Source: Candidatus Rokuibacteriota bacterium | GTDB taxonomy: Bacteria; Methylomirabilota; Methylomirabilia; Rokubacteriales; DASRDR01 | Direction of reading: 5' to 3' | Assembly: GCA_044867785.1 (NCBI GenBank) | Contig: JBIOVM010000173.1 | Coordinates: forward strand, 931 to 64,930 | Length of the DNA: 64,000 bases | Position numbers and translations under genes: made by a program | Notes under the pieces: generated by a model | Told to the model about the DNA's origin: nothing | Databases searched by the model: none | What the model saw: only the letters and a program-made list of their open reading frames with translations | Part shown: positions 40,117 to 50,086 of the stretch, one piece after another | Layout of the letters: the number at the start of each line of letters is the position of its first letter | Position numbering within the stretch: the first letter of the stretch is position 1

Positions 40117-42716
40117 GCGAGCCGGCCGAGCGCTTCTACCTCGTCGACGGTCCGTCCTACCTGTACCGCGCCTACCACGCCATCGGCCATCTCTCCACGT
40201 CGCGCGGGCTGCCCACCAACGCGACCCTGGGGATGACGATGATGCTCTGGAAGATCCTGCGGGAGGATCGACCGAGCTACATGGGGATCGCCTGGGACGC
40301 GCCGGGCCCGACGTTCCGCCACGAGCAGTTCGGGGCGTACAAGAGCGAGCGCCCCGGCATGCCGAAGGACCTCGTCGAGCAGATCCCCTGGGTGCGGCGC
40401 TCGTTCGAGGCGCTGGGCCTCCCCTTCCTCGAGGCGCCCGGCTACGAGGCGGACGACATCCTGGCCACCGTCGCCGGCCGGCTTCGGGACACCGAGGTCG
40501 AGCTGGTCCTGGTGACGGCGGACAAGGATGCCCTCCAGCTCGTCGGGCCACGCGTCACGGTGCTCTCGGTCCTGGGCCGGACCGGCGAGCGCATCGTCTA
40601 CGACGCGGCGAAGGTCCAGGAGAAGTGGGGCGTCCCGCCCGCGCGCATCCCCGACATCCTGGCGCTGATGGGGGACTCCATCGACAACATTCCCGGCGTG
40701 CCGGGGGTGGGGGAGACCACCGCGCAGAAGCTCCTGCGCGAGTTCGGGAGCCTGGAGGCCCTCTACGCGAACCTGGCGGTCGTCACGGGCCCGAAGCTCC
40801 GCGAGTCGCTGGCGCGCCACCGCGATCAGGCCTTCCTGTCTCGCCAGCTGGCCGTGCTCCAGGACACGCTCCCCGTCGAGCTCGACCTGGGGCGCTTCCG
40901 CGTGCGAGAGCCGGACTGGGAGCGCTTGCGCGCCCTCTGGACCGAGCTCGAGTTCACGTCGCTCCTGCGCCAGGTTCCCGCCCGCACCGTGACCCTGCCC
41001 ACGGAGGCCGTGCCGGTGGTGGACGAGACGGGCTGGCACGAGTTCCTCCGCCGCGCCGGCGACCGGGTCGCCCTCGAGCCGGTCCTGACCGGGAGCCCAC
41101 CGGGCCTGGTGCTCCACGGGCTGGCGGCCTACGCGCCGGAGGCCGGCGTCTGCTACCACCCCGGCCGGCCGGCGCTCCCGCCCGGCCTGCGCCTGATCGG
41201 GCACGACACCAAGGCCCTCGTCGCATGGGCGCGCGAGACCGGCGTCGCGCTGGGCGCGGGGATCGACGACACGGCGGTCGCCGCCTACCTCCTCAACTCG
41301 GGGCGGAGCGGTTATCCGCTCGACCAGCTGTGTGCCGACGCCGGGAGCGCGGGCATCCCGGGCGCCCTCGCGAGCCTCCTCGACGGCGCCCCGGTGGACG
41401 ACGCCGACCCGGCGACGGTCGCGGCCTGGACCGGAGCGCGGGCGGCGGGCGTGTGGCGGCTCGCCGAATGCCAGGCGCCGCTCCTCGCCGAGCACGGGCT
41501 TCAGAGCCTCTACGAGACCCTGGAGGTGCCGCTCGTGCCCGTGCTCGCGGACATGGAGCGGGTCGGGATCCGGGTGGATCCGGAGCGGCTCGCCGCGCTC
41601 ACCAAGGAGCTCGACACGCAGCTGGACGCGCTCTTCCGGGAGATCCACCAGCTCGCCGGCGAGCCGGTCAACCCGAACTCGCCGAAGCAGCTCGCCACCG
41701 TGCTGTTCGAGAAGCTGAAGCTGCCGCCGCTCAAGCGCACGAAGACCGGCTACTCGACCGATGTGGACGTCCTGGAGGAGCTGGCCCTCGGGCACCCGCT
41801 GCCGCGGAAGATCCTGGAGTACCGCCAGCTCGCCAAGCTGAAGGGCACCTACGCCGACGCCCTGCCGGGGCTGATCCACCCCCGCACGGGGCGGATCCAC
41901 ACCTCGTTCAACCAGCTGGTCGCGGCGACGGGCCGGCTCTCGTCGTCCAATCCCAACCTCCAGAACATTCCCATCCGCTCGGAGCTCGGGCGACGCATCC
42001 GCCAGGCGTTCATTCCCGAGGAGGGCTGGCGCTTCGTGGCGGCCGACTACTCGCAGATCGAGCTGCGCATCCTCGCGCACTTCACGGAAGAGCCGGCGCT
42101 GGTCGAGGCCTTCCTCGCGGGCGCCGACATCCACACCCGGACGGCGGCCCAGATCATGGGCGCGGCGCCGGACGCGGTGACGGCCGAGATGCGGCGCCTG
42201 GCCAAGGTGGTCAACTTCGGGATCCTCTACGGGCTGTCGGGATTCGGGCTCTCCCAGGCCGTGTCGATCGGGCGCGCCGAGGCCCAGAAGTTCATCGACG
42301 ACTACTTCGCGGCGCACCCCCGGGTCCGCGCCTACATCGACCGCGTGGTGGCGGAGGGGCGAGCTCAGGGCTACGTCACCACGCTCCTCGGGCGGCGCCG
42401 GTACCTGCCCGAGCTCCACGCGCGGAATCCCGCCGCGCGGGGCGCCGCGGAGCGGATGGCGGCCAACGCGCCCATCCAGGGGACGGCGTCCGACATCATC
42501 AAGCTCGCGATGGTGCGGCTGGCGGAGGTCCTCCCCGCGCGGGGTCTCAGGAGCCGCATGCTGCTCCAGGTGCACGACGAGCTCCTCCTCGAGGTTCCCG
42601 AGCCCGAGGTCAGGACGGTGTGCGCCCTCCTGCCCGAGATCATGGAGGCGGTGGTGGCGCTCGCCGTGCCCCTCCGTGTCGACGTGAAGGCCGGCCGCGA
42701 CTGGTCCGAGGTCTAG
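40113..42716 (+). CDS. polA: DNA polymerase I
   Basis: An N-terminal 5'-3' exonuclease domain, motif A DYSQIELR, motif B RRLAKVVNFGILYG and motif C QVHDELLLE are present. The GTGA overlaps the glnE stop. Confidence 0.95.
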   Translation: MSEPAERFYLVDGPSYLYRAYHAIGHLSTSRGLPTNATLGMTMMLWKILREDRPSYMGIAWDAPGPTFRHEQFGAYKSERPGMPKDLVEQIPWVRRSFEALGLPFLEAPGYEADDILATVAGRLRDTEVELVLVTADKDALQLVGPRVTVLSVLGRTGERIVYDAAKVQEKWGVPPARIPDILALMGDSIDNIPGVPGVGETTAQKLLREFGSLEALYANLAVVTGPKLRESLARHRDQAFLSRQLAVLQDTLPVELDLGRFRVREPDWERLRALWTELEFTSLLRQVPARTVTLPTEAVPVVDETGWHEFLRRAGDRVALEPVLTGSPPGLVLHGLAAYAPEAGVCYHPGRPALPPGLRLIGHDTKALVAWARETGVALGAGIDDTAVAAYLLNSGRSGYPLDQLCADAGSAGIPGALASLLDGAPVDDADPATVAAWTGARAAGVWRLAECQAPLLAEHGLQSLYETLEVPLVPVLADMERVGIRVDPERLAALTKELDTQLDALFREIHQLAGEPVNPNSPKQLATVLFEKLKLPPLKRTKTGYSTDVDVLEELALGHPLPRKILEYRQLAKLKGTYADALPGLIHPRTGRIHTSFNQLVAATGRLSSSNPNLQNIPIRSELGRRIRQAFIPEEGWRFVAADYSQIELRILAHFTEEPALVEAFLAGADIHTRTAAQIMGAAPDAVTAEMRRLAKVVNFGILYGLSGFGLSQAVSIGRAEAQKFIDDYFAAHPRVRAYIDRVVAEGRAQGYVTTLLGRRRYLPELHARNPAARGAAERMAANAPIQGTASDIIKLAMVRLAEVLPARGLRSRMLLQVHDELLLEVPEPEVRTVCALLPEIMEAVVALAVPLRVDVKAGRDWSEV

Positions 42717-42723
42717 CGACCCC

Positions 42724-43575
42724 ATGCCCGAGTTCCGGTACGTGGTGTGCGACGTGTTCACCGAGCGGCCGCTCGAGGGGAACCCGCTGGCCGTGTTCAC
42801 GGACGCGCGGGGCATTCCCGAGGCTCTGCTCCAGCCGCTGGCGCGGGAGCTCCATCTTTCGGAGACGGTCTTCTGCTACCCGGCGCGGGCCGGTGGCCAC
42901 GTGCGGATCCGCATCTTCACGCCGGACCACGAGCTGCCCTTCGCGGGCCATCCCGTGCTGGGCTCCGCGTTCGTCCTCGCCGCGCCGCTCCAGCTGGGGG
43001 AGATCGTCCTCGAGACCGGCGTCGGGCCGGTGCCGGTGCGGCTCGAGCGCGAGGGGGCGCGGATCGTCTTCGGGCGCATGGTCCAGCCGGTGCCGAAGAT
43101 CGAGCCGTTCCCGGACCCGGAGAGCCTCCTCCCGATCCTGGGAGTCGAGCGTGCGACGCTTCCGGTGGAGCTCTACGACAACGGCCCCCGCCACGTGTAC
43201 GTGGCCCTCGGGAGCGAGGCCGAGGTGGCGGCGCTCCGGCCCGACTTTCAGGCGCTGGCGCGTCTCCTGCCGCGCGGGACGACGAACTGCTTCGCGGGGG
43301 CGGGGCGCCGCTGGAAGACCCGCGCCTTCGCCCCGGGCGCCGGGGTCACCGAGGACCCCGCCACGGGCTCCGCCGCCGGGCCGCTGGCCTGTCACCTGGC
43401 GCGCCACGGGCGGATCGCCTTCGGCGAGGAGATCGAGATCCGCCAAGGGGCCGAGATCGGCCGGCCGAGCGTCCTGTTCGCGCGCGCCGACGGCACCGCC
43501 GACCGGATCGAGCGCGTCGAGGTAGGCGGCTCCGCCGTCACGGTCGCGCGCGGCGAGTTCCGGCTGCCGGGCTGA
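42724..43575 (+). CDS. PhzF-family epimerase/isomerase-like protein
   Basis: VCDVFTERPLEGNPLAVF, HLSETVF, EDPATGSAAGPLA. Confidence 0.8.
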   Translation: MPEFRYVVCDVFTERPLEGNPLAVFTDARGIPEALLQPLARELHLSETVFCYPARAGGHVRIRIFTPDHELPFAGHPVLGSAFVLAAPLQLGEIVLETGVGPVPVRLEREGARIVFGRMVQPVPKIEPFPDPESLLPILGVERATLPVELYDNGPRHVYVALGSEAEVAALRPDFQALARLLPRGTTNCFAGAGRRWKTRAFAPGAGVTEDPATGSAAGPLACHLARHGRIAFGEEIEIRQGAEIGRPSVLFARADGTADRIERVEVGGSAVTVARGEFRLPG

Positions 43576-43847
43576 GCGCGTCGGCCCCGATCCTAGTCGC
43601 CGCCTGAACCGCGCCGGGCGACAGGCTGCCGATCGCCCGGAAGACGTCGACCTGGACAGAGAGAGCAATGAAGACCTTGATCGTCTTGGCAGTCGCCACG
43701 CACATCGTGCTTCCGATGTCGTTCCTCGCGTTGGGAGCTCGTCATGGGCGCCCCCCTCGTCTCGATCCTCACGATCATGCTGCAGATGCGAAGATCGGGC
43801 GGAGGAAGGACCTGAGGGTCAACCCCGCACGATCGCCGGCCCATCGC

Positions 43848-43876
43848 TTCTCACCGCTCGCTGGCCAGAGTAGGAT
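43848..43876 (+). promoter_or_regulatory. Candidate promoter TTCTCA-N17-TAGGAT, 8 nt upstream of ATG 43885
   Basis: The hexamers and the exact 17-nt spacer were read directly. There is no SD before the ATG. Confidence 0.35.
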
Positions 43877-43884
43877 GAGGCGCC

Positions 43885-44225
43885 ATGGATCCCGACTTCC
43901 GCGCCGCGGTGGACGAGCTGCGGCGACACGTCGACGCGAATGCCACCGAGACACGGCGGCACTTCGACGTCGTGGGCGAGGCGTTGCGCGCCGAGGTCCG
44001 GCTGGTCGCCGAGGAGATTACCGCCCTCTCGAAGCGGGTCGATCGGGTGAGGCCAACCTCCGGGAGGAGATCCTCCGGGCCCAGCGCGAGCTGAGCGCGA
44101 TGATTCGGTTCTCGTACGCCGAGCTCGATCGGAAGATCCAGGGGCTCGAGGCGCGGGTCAGCGAGCTCGCCCTGCAATACGGTGAGCTCGAATCCCGGTT
44201 GCATCGCCTGGAAGCCCGTCGCTAG
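43885..44225 (+). pseudogene. Small coiled-coil protein gene interrupted by a frameshift near 44047-44050
   Basis: High-GC3 coding runs in the 43885 frame up to about 44048 (MDPDFRAAVDELRRHVDA...ITALSKRVDRV). It then continues with high GC3 in the frame one base behind (-1 relative to the 43885 frame), from 44049 to the TAG at 44225 (EANLREEILRAQRELSAMIRFSYAELDRKIQGLEARV...). The first frame ends in Arg/Ser junk at 44094. Confidence 0.6.
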
Positions 44226-44252
44226 CTCCGGCCGGAGCCGGCGCGCGAAGCA

Positions 44253-44906
44253 GTGGTGGCATCTCGATCCTATCTCCTCGTGGGGCTGACCGGCGGCATT
44301 GCCTCGGGGAAGTCCGCCGTGAGCCGACAGCTCGTGGAGCTCGGCTGCCGGCTGGTCGACGCCGACGTCCTGGCGCGCGAGGTGGTGGAGCCGGGAACGC
44401 CGGCCTTGCGAGCCATCGTCGACGCATTCGGCCCGGACATCGTCGGTGGCGACGGTCGGCTCGACCGGAAGCGCCTCGGCGCCCTCGTCTTTGCCGATCC
44501 CGCGCGGCGGAAGACGCTGGAGGCCATCACGCACCCCGCGATCACCGCGCGACGGCAGGCGATCCTCGACGCCTGGGCCGCCGAGCGCTTCGACGGCATC
44601 GTCGTGCTGGACATCCCGCTCCTGGTCGAGGTCGGCGCCGTGGCGAGCGTCGATCGCGTGGTCCTCGTCTACGCGGAGCCGGCGGCGCAGCTCGAGCGGC
44701 TCATGCGCCGGGAGGGCTTCGACCCGGCCGAGGCCGCGCGGCGGATCGGGAGCCAGATGCCGCTCGGCGAAAAGGTCCGCCACGCGCACTACGTCGTGGA
44801 CAACTCCGGCTCGCCCGACGAGACCGCCGCCCAGGTCCGCGCCGTCCACGCCGCGTTGGTTGCCGAGCACCGCGCGCGACGCCGGGCGGCCGGATCGCCC
44901 CCATGA
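44253..44906 (+). CDS. coaE: Dephospho-CoA kinase
   Basis: GLTGGIASGKS P-loop and VDADVLAREVVEPG are present. The start is GTG. Confidence 0.9.
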   Translation: MVASRSYLLVGLTGGIASGKSAVSRQLVELGCRLVDADVLAREVVEPGTPALRAIVDAFGPDIVGGDGRLDRKRLGALVFADPARRKTLEAITHPAITARRQAILDAWAAERFDGIVVLDIPLLVEVGAVASVDRVVLVYAEPAAQLERLMRREGFDPAEAARRIGSQMPLGEKVRHAHYVVDNSGSPDETAAQVRAVHAALVAEHRARRRAAGSPP

Positions 44907-45760
44907 CCGCCCGGCGCGCCGCGCCGCGCGGGAGCGCGGGGGTTACCGGGCGTCGCCGGCGGGCGCTCGGCCAGCACTTCCTGGCCGATCCCGGCATCGC
45001 GGGCCGGATCGTGGACGCCGTCGGCGCCACCGCCGCCGACGTCGTGTGTGAGATCGGCTCCGGCCCGGGCGTGCTGACCCGCGCCCTCGCCCGGCGGGCG
45101 GGCCGGCTGGTCGCGCTCGAGATCGATCCGGCGCTCCAGGGGGGCCTGGCGCGGGCGGCGCGGCACTGGCCGGAGGCCCCGCAGGTCGAGGTCCGCCTCG
45201 CGGACGCGCGGACCTTCGCCTACGAGACACTGCGGGACCTTCGACCGCACCCCGAGGGCCGGGCCCTCGTCGTGGGGAACCTCCCGTACAGCGTGTCGAA
45301 GCCCATCCTCGAGCGCCTCCTCTCGGCGCACGCGCACCTCGACACCGCGGTCCTCATGCTCCAGCGTGAGGTGGCCGAACGGCTGGCGGCGGCGCCGGGC
45401 GGCCGGGAGTACGGCGCCCTCTCGGTGTTCTGGCAGTGCTGGGCGGACGTGACGCGCCTCCTGACCGTCCCGCCCGCCGCCTTCCGGCCGCCGCCCGCCG
45501 TGGAGTCGGCCGTCATCCGGGCGGTGTTTCGGCCCGCTCCCCGCGTGGCGCTGGCCGATTCGGCCGCCTTCACGCGCTTGGTGCGCGCCGCCTTCGGTCA
45601 GCGGCGGAAGACGCTCGCGAACGCGCTCCGCGGCGGAGGCCTGGGCAGTGCGGAGCGAGTGGGGAGCGCCCTCGCGCAGGCGGGCATCCACGGGGGGCGC
45701 CGGGCCGAGACACTCGCGCTGGAGGAGTTCGCCCGCCTGGCCGACGCTCTCGGGCCCTGA
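44903..45760 (+). CDS. rsmA: 16S rRNA (adenine1518/1519-N6)-dimethyltransferase
   Basis: LGQHFL, EIGSGPGVLT and GNLPYSVS are present. The ATGA overlaps the coaE stop. Confidence 0.9.
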   Translation: MTARRAAPRGSAGVTGRRRRALGQHFLADPGIAGRIVDAVGATAADVVCEIGSGPGVLTRALARRAGRLVALEIDPALQGGLARAARHWPEAPQVEVRLADARTFAYETLRDLRPHPEGRALVVGNLPYSVSKPILERLLSAHAHLDTAVLMLQREVAERLAAAPGGREYGALSVFWQCWADVTRLLTVPPAAFRPPPAVESAVIRAVFRPAPRVALADSAAFTRLVRAAFGQRRKTLANALRGGGLGSAERVGSALAQAGIHGGRRAETLALEEFARLADALGP

Positions 45761-45945
45761 CGGCCGGACGGATTCGCCATCGGGGCGGTCGCCTGGCGGA
45801 GGCCGGGATCCGCGCCACTCCCTCGAACCGGAGGTCGCGGCGAGCAGGCGGTGATCCCGTCGCCGGCCTCGTGCGGATCGCCGGCGTGCATGGCGCTTCC
45901 GGTTTTTGGGCGGCTCCGAGACCGCGTGGTACGCTACCGACAAGT

Positions 45946-47661
45946 ATGACCGACCGCGTCATCCCGGCCGGCGTCCCGGCCGGGGCCCTCGGTGACCCCG
46001 CGATCGAGCCCAGCGTCCGAATCGTCCCCCTCGGCGGCCTCGGCGAGATCGGCCTCAACATGATGCTGATCGAGGCGGGCGAGGATCTCCTGGCCGTCGA
46101 CTGCGGCCTCATGTTCCCGGACGCGACGATGCCGGGCGTCGACTACGTGATCCCCGACTTCACGTACCTCCGCGCCAAGCGAGAACAGGTGCGGGGGGTG
46201 ATCCTCACGCACGCCCACGAGGACCACATCGGAGCGCTCCCGTACCTCCTGCGCGAGCTGGACGTGCCCGTGTACGGGCCACGGATGGCGCTGGCGCTCG
46301 CCGGCGAGCGTCTCCGGGAGCACGGGCGGGAGGATCGCGCGCGGCTGGTGCCGGTCGAGCCTCGCCGCGCATTCCACGTCGGCGGCTTCCGCGTGGAGCC
46401 GATCCGGGTCACGCACTCCGTGGTGGACGGGCTCGGCTACGCCATCGAGACGCCGGTCGGGACGCTCGTCCACACCGGCGACTTCAAGTTCGATCCGCAC
46501 CCGATCGACGGCGAGCGCTCCGACTATCACCGCCTGGCCGAGCTCGGCGAGCGTGGGGTGCTGTGCCTCATGGCCGACTCGACGAACGTCGACCGGCCCG
46601 GCACGACGCCGTCCGAGCGGGAGGTGGGCCGCGCGCTGGCGGAGCGCCTGCGCCGCGCGCGCGGGCGCGTGATCCTCGCGACCTTCGCTTCGCACGTCCA
46701 TCGCATCCAGCAGGTCCTGGACCTCGCCGCCGCGTTCGGGCGAAAGGTCGCGCTCCTCGGCCGGAGCATGGAGACCAACGTGCGCCTGGCCGCGGAGCTC
46801 GGATATCTCCGCGTGCCCGACGGGGCGCTCCTCCCGCTCGAGGAGCTGGCGGCGCTGCCGCCCTACCGCCAGGTGATCGTTTCCACCGGGAGCCAGGGCG
46901 AGCCGAACTCGGCGCTCGCGCTCATGGCGGCCGGGGAGCACAAGTCCCTTCAGGTCGGCGACGGGGACCTCGTCATCCTCTCGGCGCGCGTCATCCCGGG
47001 TCACGAGCGGACGATCACCGGTCTGGTGAACCAGCTCCTCCGTCTCGGCGCCGAGGTGCTCTGGGAAGGGGTCGCGTTCGTCCACGTCTCGGGCCACGCC
47101 TCCCAGGACGAGCTCCGGCTCATGCTGAACCTCGTCCGGCCGCAGTTCTTCGTCCCGGTGCACGGGGAGTACCGGCACCTCGTGGCGCACGCGCGGCTCG
47201 CACGGGACGTCGGGATCCCGGGTGAGCACGTCTTCGTCATCGAGGACGGCCAGGGCCTCGAGCTCACCAAGACGGGGGCGCGCGCGCTCCAGCGATTCCC
47301 GGTGGGCCGGGTGCTGGTCGACGGCAAGGGCGTGGGCGACGTGGGCGCGGTGGTGCTGCGGGACCGCGAGCTCTTGGCCCAGGACGGCATGGTGGTGGTC
47401 GCGGTCACCGTGGACCGCGTCACCGGCGAGGTCCTCGCGGGCCCGGAGCTCGCCTCGCGCGGCTGGGTCTACGAGCGCGAGTCCGAGGGCGTCCTGGAGG
47501 AGGCGAAGGCGGCGCTCCGCGAGGCTCTCGCGGCGCACCCGCGCGAGACCCCGCTCGCGCGGGAGGCGCTCGTCGCGCTCCTCCGCGGCACGCTCCGGCG
47601 CTTCATCACCCAGCGCTACGATCGCAAGCCGATCGTCCTTCCGCTCGTGCTGGACGCGTGA
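45946..47661 (+). CDS. rnj: Ribonuclease J
   Basis: IVPLGGLGEIGLNMM, a metallo-beta-lactamase HAHEDHIG motif, and beta-CASP and C-terminal domains are present. The upstream 170 codons of the tracked ORF are shadow sequence. Confidence 0.9.
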   Translation: MTDRVIPAGVPAGALGDPAIEPSVRIVPLGGLGEIGLNMMLIEAGEDLLAVDCGLMFPDATMPGVDYVIPDFTYLRAKREQVRGVILTHAHEDHIGALPYLLRELDVPVYGPRMALALAGERLREHGREDRARLVPVEPRRAFHVGGFRVEPIRVTHSVVDGLGYAIETPVGTLVHTGDFKFDPHPIDGERSDYHRLAELGERGVLCLMADSTNVDRPGTTPSEREVGRALAERLRRARGRVILATFASHVHRIQQVLDLAAAFGRKVALLGRSMETNVRLAAELGYLRVPDGALLPLEELAALPPYRQVIVSTGSQGEPNSALALMAAGEHKSLQVGDGDLVILSARVIPGHERTITGLVNQLLRLGAEVLWEGVAFVHVSGHASQDELRLMLNLVRPQFFVPVHGEYRHLVAHARLARDVGIPGEHVFVIEDGQGLELTKTGARALQRFPVGRVLVDGKGVGDVGAVVLRDRELLAQDGMVVVAVTVDRVTGEVLAGPELASRGWVYERESEGVLEEAKAALREALAAHPRETPLAREALVALLRGTLRRFITQRYDRKPIVLPLVLDA

Positions 47662-49928
47662 TGGCGAAGGCGAAGAGCCGGCCGAAGATCCCGGCGCGGT
47701 GGCTCCGCGAGGCCCAGGGCGTCGTCGGGCTCGGCCTGGCCGCCTACCTGGGCGTGGTGCTGCTCTCCTACGATCCGGCGCTCCGCTGGGTCGACCAGGG
47801 CGGGCGTGTCGGCGTCGTCGGGCTCTGGGTGGGGTGGGCGCTCTTCACGACGGTCGGCTACGCGGCCTACCTCGTGCCGGTGGTCCTGATGGCCTGGGCG
47901 TTCGCGGCCTTCACGCGCCCGGTCGCCGTCGGGACTCTGTCCCTCGTCGTCGGCGCCGCGCTCGGGCTCGTCGCGCTCACGGGACTCCTGGCCCAGCTGT
48001 CGGGACCGGTCCGGGGCGTGTGGGTTCACCGCGGCGGCTGGCTCGGCTGGGTCGTCCTGGCGACGCTACGCCGGACGCTCGGCGAGGTCGGCGCACTGGT
48101 GCTGCTCGTCACGCTCCTCGCGGTCGCGGGGCTCTGCATCACGCAGGTGTCCTACGCCGGGATCTCCCGCGCCGTCGTCGCGCGCCTGGGCGCGCTCGCC
48201 CGCCGGCGCCGCCCGGCGGCCCGGCCGGCCCCCGCGGCCCCGGTCCCGACCCTCGCCGCTCCGCCAATCGTCGAGCCGCGCCCGCAGCCCCCGGCCCCCG
48301 CGATCGCGCGCCCGGTCGAGGCCCCGGTGCCGTTCCAGGCGGCGGAGCGGCCCCCGGAGCGGCCGCGGCCCGCGCGGAGCGAGGAGCGGCCGCGGCCGAG
48401 CGGCGAGCGCGGAGCGGCCGGCGAGGATCGCCCGCGCCCCACCGAGCGTCGCGGCTCCAAGCAGGAGATCTTCGGCTTCGCGAGACCCGGAGCGACCTTC
48501 CAGCTCCCGCCGGTCTCGCTGCTCAAGGCGCCGGTGAGCGGCGAGCGGCGGCGCACGGAGAGCGAGGAGGAGCTCCGGCAGAACGCCGAGCACCTCCGGA
48601 AGCGCCTCGAGGACTTCGGGGTCAAGGGGCACATCGCGCGGATCAACCCGGGTCCGGTCATCACCGGCTACGAGTTCGAGCCGGGCCCGGGCATCAAGGT
48701 GAACCAGGTCGTGAACCTGGCCGACGACCTGGCGCTCGCGATGAAAGCCGGGGCGGTACGCGTCTACGGGCCCGTGCCGGGGCGCGGGAGCGTCGCGATC
48801 GAGGTCCCGAACCCCGAGCCCTCCATCGTGTACCTCCGGGACATGCTCCTGTCGAAGGAGTTCAAGGAGGCGAAGAGCCCGCTCCCGCTGGCCCTCGGGC
48901 GCGACGCGATCGGGCAAGCGGCGGTCGCCGACCTGGCGGCGATGCCGCACCTCCTCGTCGCGGGGGCGACGGGCACCGGCAAGTCGGCCGGCCTCAACGC
49001 GATGATCTGCTCCATCCTCTTCCGCCGCACGCCGGCCGAGGCGCGCTTCCTCATGATCGATCCGAAGCGCCTCGAGCTCGGCATGTACGACGGTATCCCG
49101 CACCTCCTAGCGCCGGTGGTGACGGACGCGAAGGAGGCGGCGTCGCGCCTGCGCTGGATCGTCGGCCGCATGGACGAGCGCTACAAGCTGCTCGCCGAGA
49201 AGTCGGTCCGGAACATCGAGGGCTACAACCGCGAGGTGGACGAGGCCGAGCGCCTCCCGTACTGGATCATCATCGTGGACGAGCTGGCCGACCTCATGAT
49301 GGTCTCGGCCGGCGAGGTCGAGTCCTCGCTCGCCCGGCTCGCGCAGATCGCGCGCGCGGTGGGCATCCACCTGATCATCGCCACGCAGCGGCCCTCGGTC
49401 GACGTGATCACCGGGCTCATCAAGGCGAACTTCCCGGCCCGGATCGCCTTCCAGGCCGCCACCAAGGTGGACTCCCGCACGATCCTCGACCAGAACGGCG
49501 CCGAGCAGCTCATCGGTCGCGGCGACATGCTCTTCGTGCCCCCGGCGACGTCCCGCCCGGTCAGGATCCACGGCGCCTGGGTCTCCGAGCCCGAGGTGCG
49601 CGACGTGGTCCGCTTCCTCAAGGACCAGGGTCAGGCGGTCTTCGAGCAGGGCCTGCTGCAGCCGGTGCGCGAGGAGCGCGGCGTCAACGGCGGCGGCGGC
49701 GAGGCCGAGCGCGACGACGTCTACTGGCGGGCGGTCGAGCTGATCGTGAGCCAGAAGCAGGCGTCCATCAGCTTCATCCAGCGGCGGATGGGGCTCGGGT
49801 ACCCGAAGGCCGCGCGCTTCATCGACCTGATGGAGCAGGACCGGATCATCGGTCCGGGGGACGGCGCCAAGCCGCGGCAGATCCTCGTCGGCCCGGAGTA
49901 TCTCCTCCGCCGCTCGGCCTCCAGTTAG
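47661..49928 (+). CDS. ftsK: DNA translocase FtsK
   Basis: N-terminal TM helices, a Pro/Ala-rich linker, Walker A GATGTGKS, and a gamma-domain winged helix ISFIQRRMGLGYPKAARFIDLME are present. Confidence 0.95.
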   Translation: MAKAKSRPKIPARWLREAQGVVGLGLAAYLGVVLLSYDPALRWVDQGGRVGVVGLWVGWALFTTVGYAAYLVPVVLMAWAFAAFTRPVAVGTLSLVVGAALGLVALTGLLAQLSGPVRGVWVHRGGWLGWVVLATLRRTLGEVGALVLLVTLLAVAGLCITQVSYAGISRAVVARLGALARRRRPAARPAPAAPVPTLAAPPIVEPRPQPPAPAIARPVEAPVPFQAAERPPERPRPARSEERPRPSGERGAAGEDRPRPTERRGSKQEIFGFARPGATFQLPPVSLLKAPVSGERRRTESEEELRQNAEHLRKRLEDFGVKGHIARINPGPVITGYEFEPGPGIKVNQVVNLADDLALAMKAGAVRVYGPVPGRGSVAIEVPNPEPSIVYLRDMLLSKEFKEAKSPLPLALGRDAIGQAAVADLAAMPHLLVAGATGTGKSAGLNAMICSILFRRTPAEARFLMIDPKRLELGMYDGIPHLLAPVVTDAKEAASRLRWIVGRMDERYKLLAEKSVRNIEGYNREVDEAERLPYWIIIVDELADLMMVSAGEVESSLARLAQIARAVGIHLIIATQRPSVDVITGLIKANFPARIAFQAATKVDSRTILDQNGAEQLIGRGDMLFVPPATSRPVRIHGAWVSEPEVRDVVRFLKDQGQAVFEQGLLQPVREERGVNGGGGEAERDDVYWRAVELIVSQKQASISFIQRRMGLGYPKAARFIDLMEQDRIIGPGDGAKPRQILVGPEYLLRRSASS

Positions 49929-50086
49929 CCGGCGCCGCGCGGCCCCCGGCGACGGGGTGCGCGGACGTCTCGGGCCCCACGGGTGGGGGTCCCGTCGATC
50001 GCGTGCCAGAGTGACACTCCGTCACCCTCCCGAGACGTGCCGATGGTTGACAGTGCCCGGGCCGGTCGGGCATCGTATGGAACGCG

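Noticed and set aside
43668-44225. A 185-aa ORF starting with the hydrophobic MKTLIVLAVATHIVLPMSFLALGA, located in the AT-richer spacer after the PhzF-like gene.
   Set aside because: Only the last 59 codons or so (from about 44049) show coding-type GC3, and these are the second half of the frameshifted coiled-coil gene. Codons from about 43740 to 44045 in this frame have low GC3 and give Arg-rich junk. The hydrophobic first 24 codons have no stop of their own, so a discrete small peptide cannot be supported. The spacer may be a degraded remnant, but I cannot say of what.
50047-50086. A full sigma70 promoter upstream of the orphan gene at 50087.
   Set aside because: A perfect TTGACA is present, but no acceptable -10 hexamer lies 16-19 nt downstream. 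The best candidates are CATCGT and TCGTAT, at 18 and 20 nt. I mention it only in the finding and do not list it as a feature.
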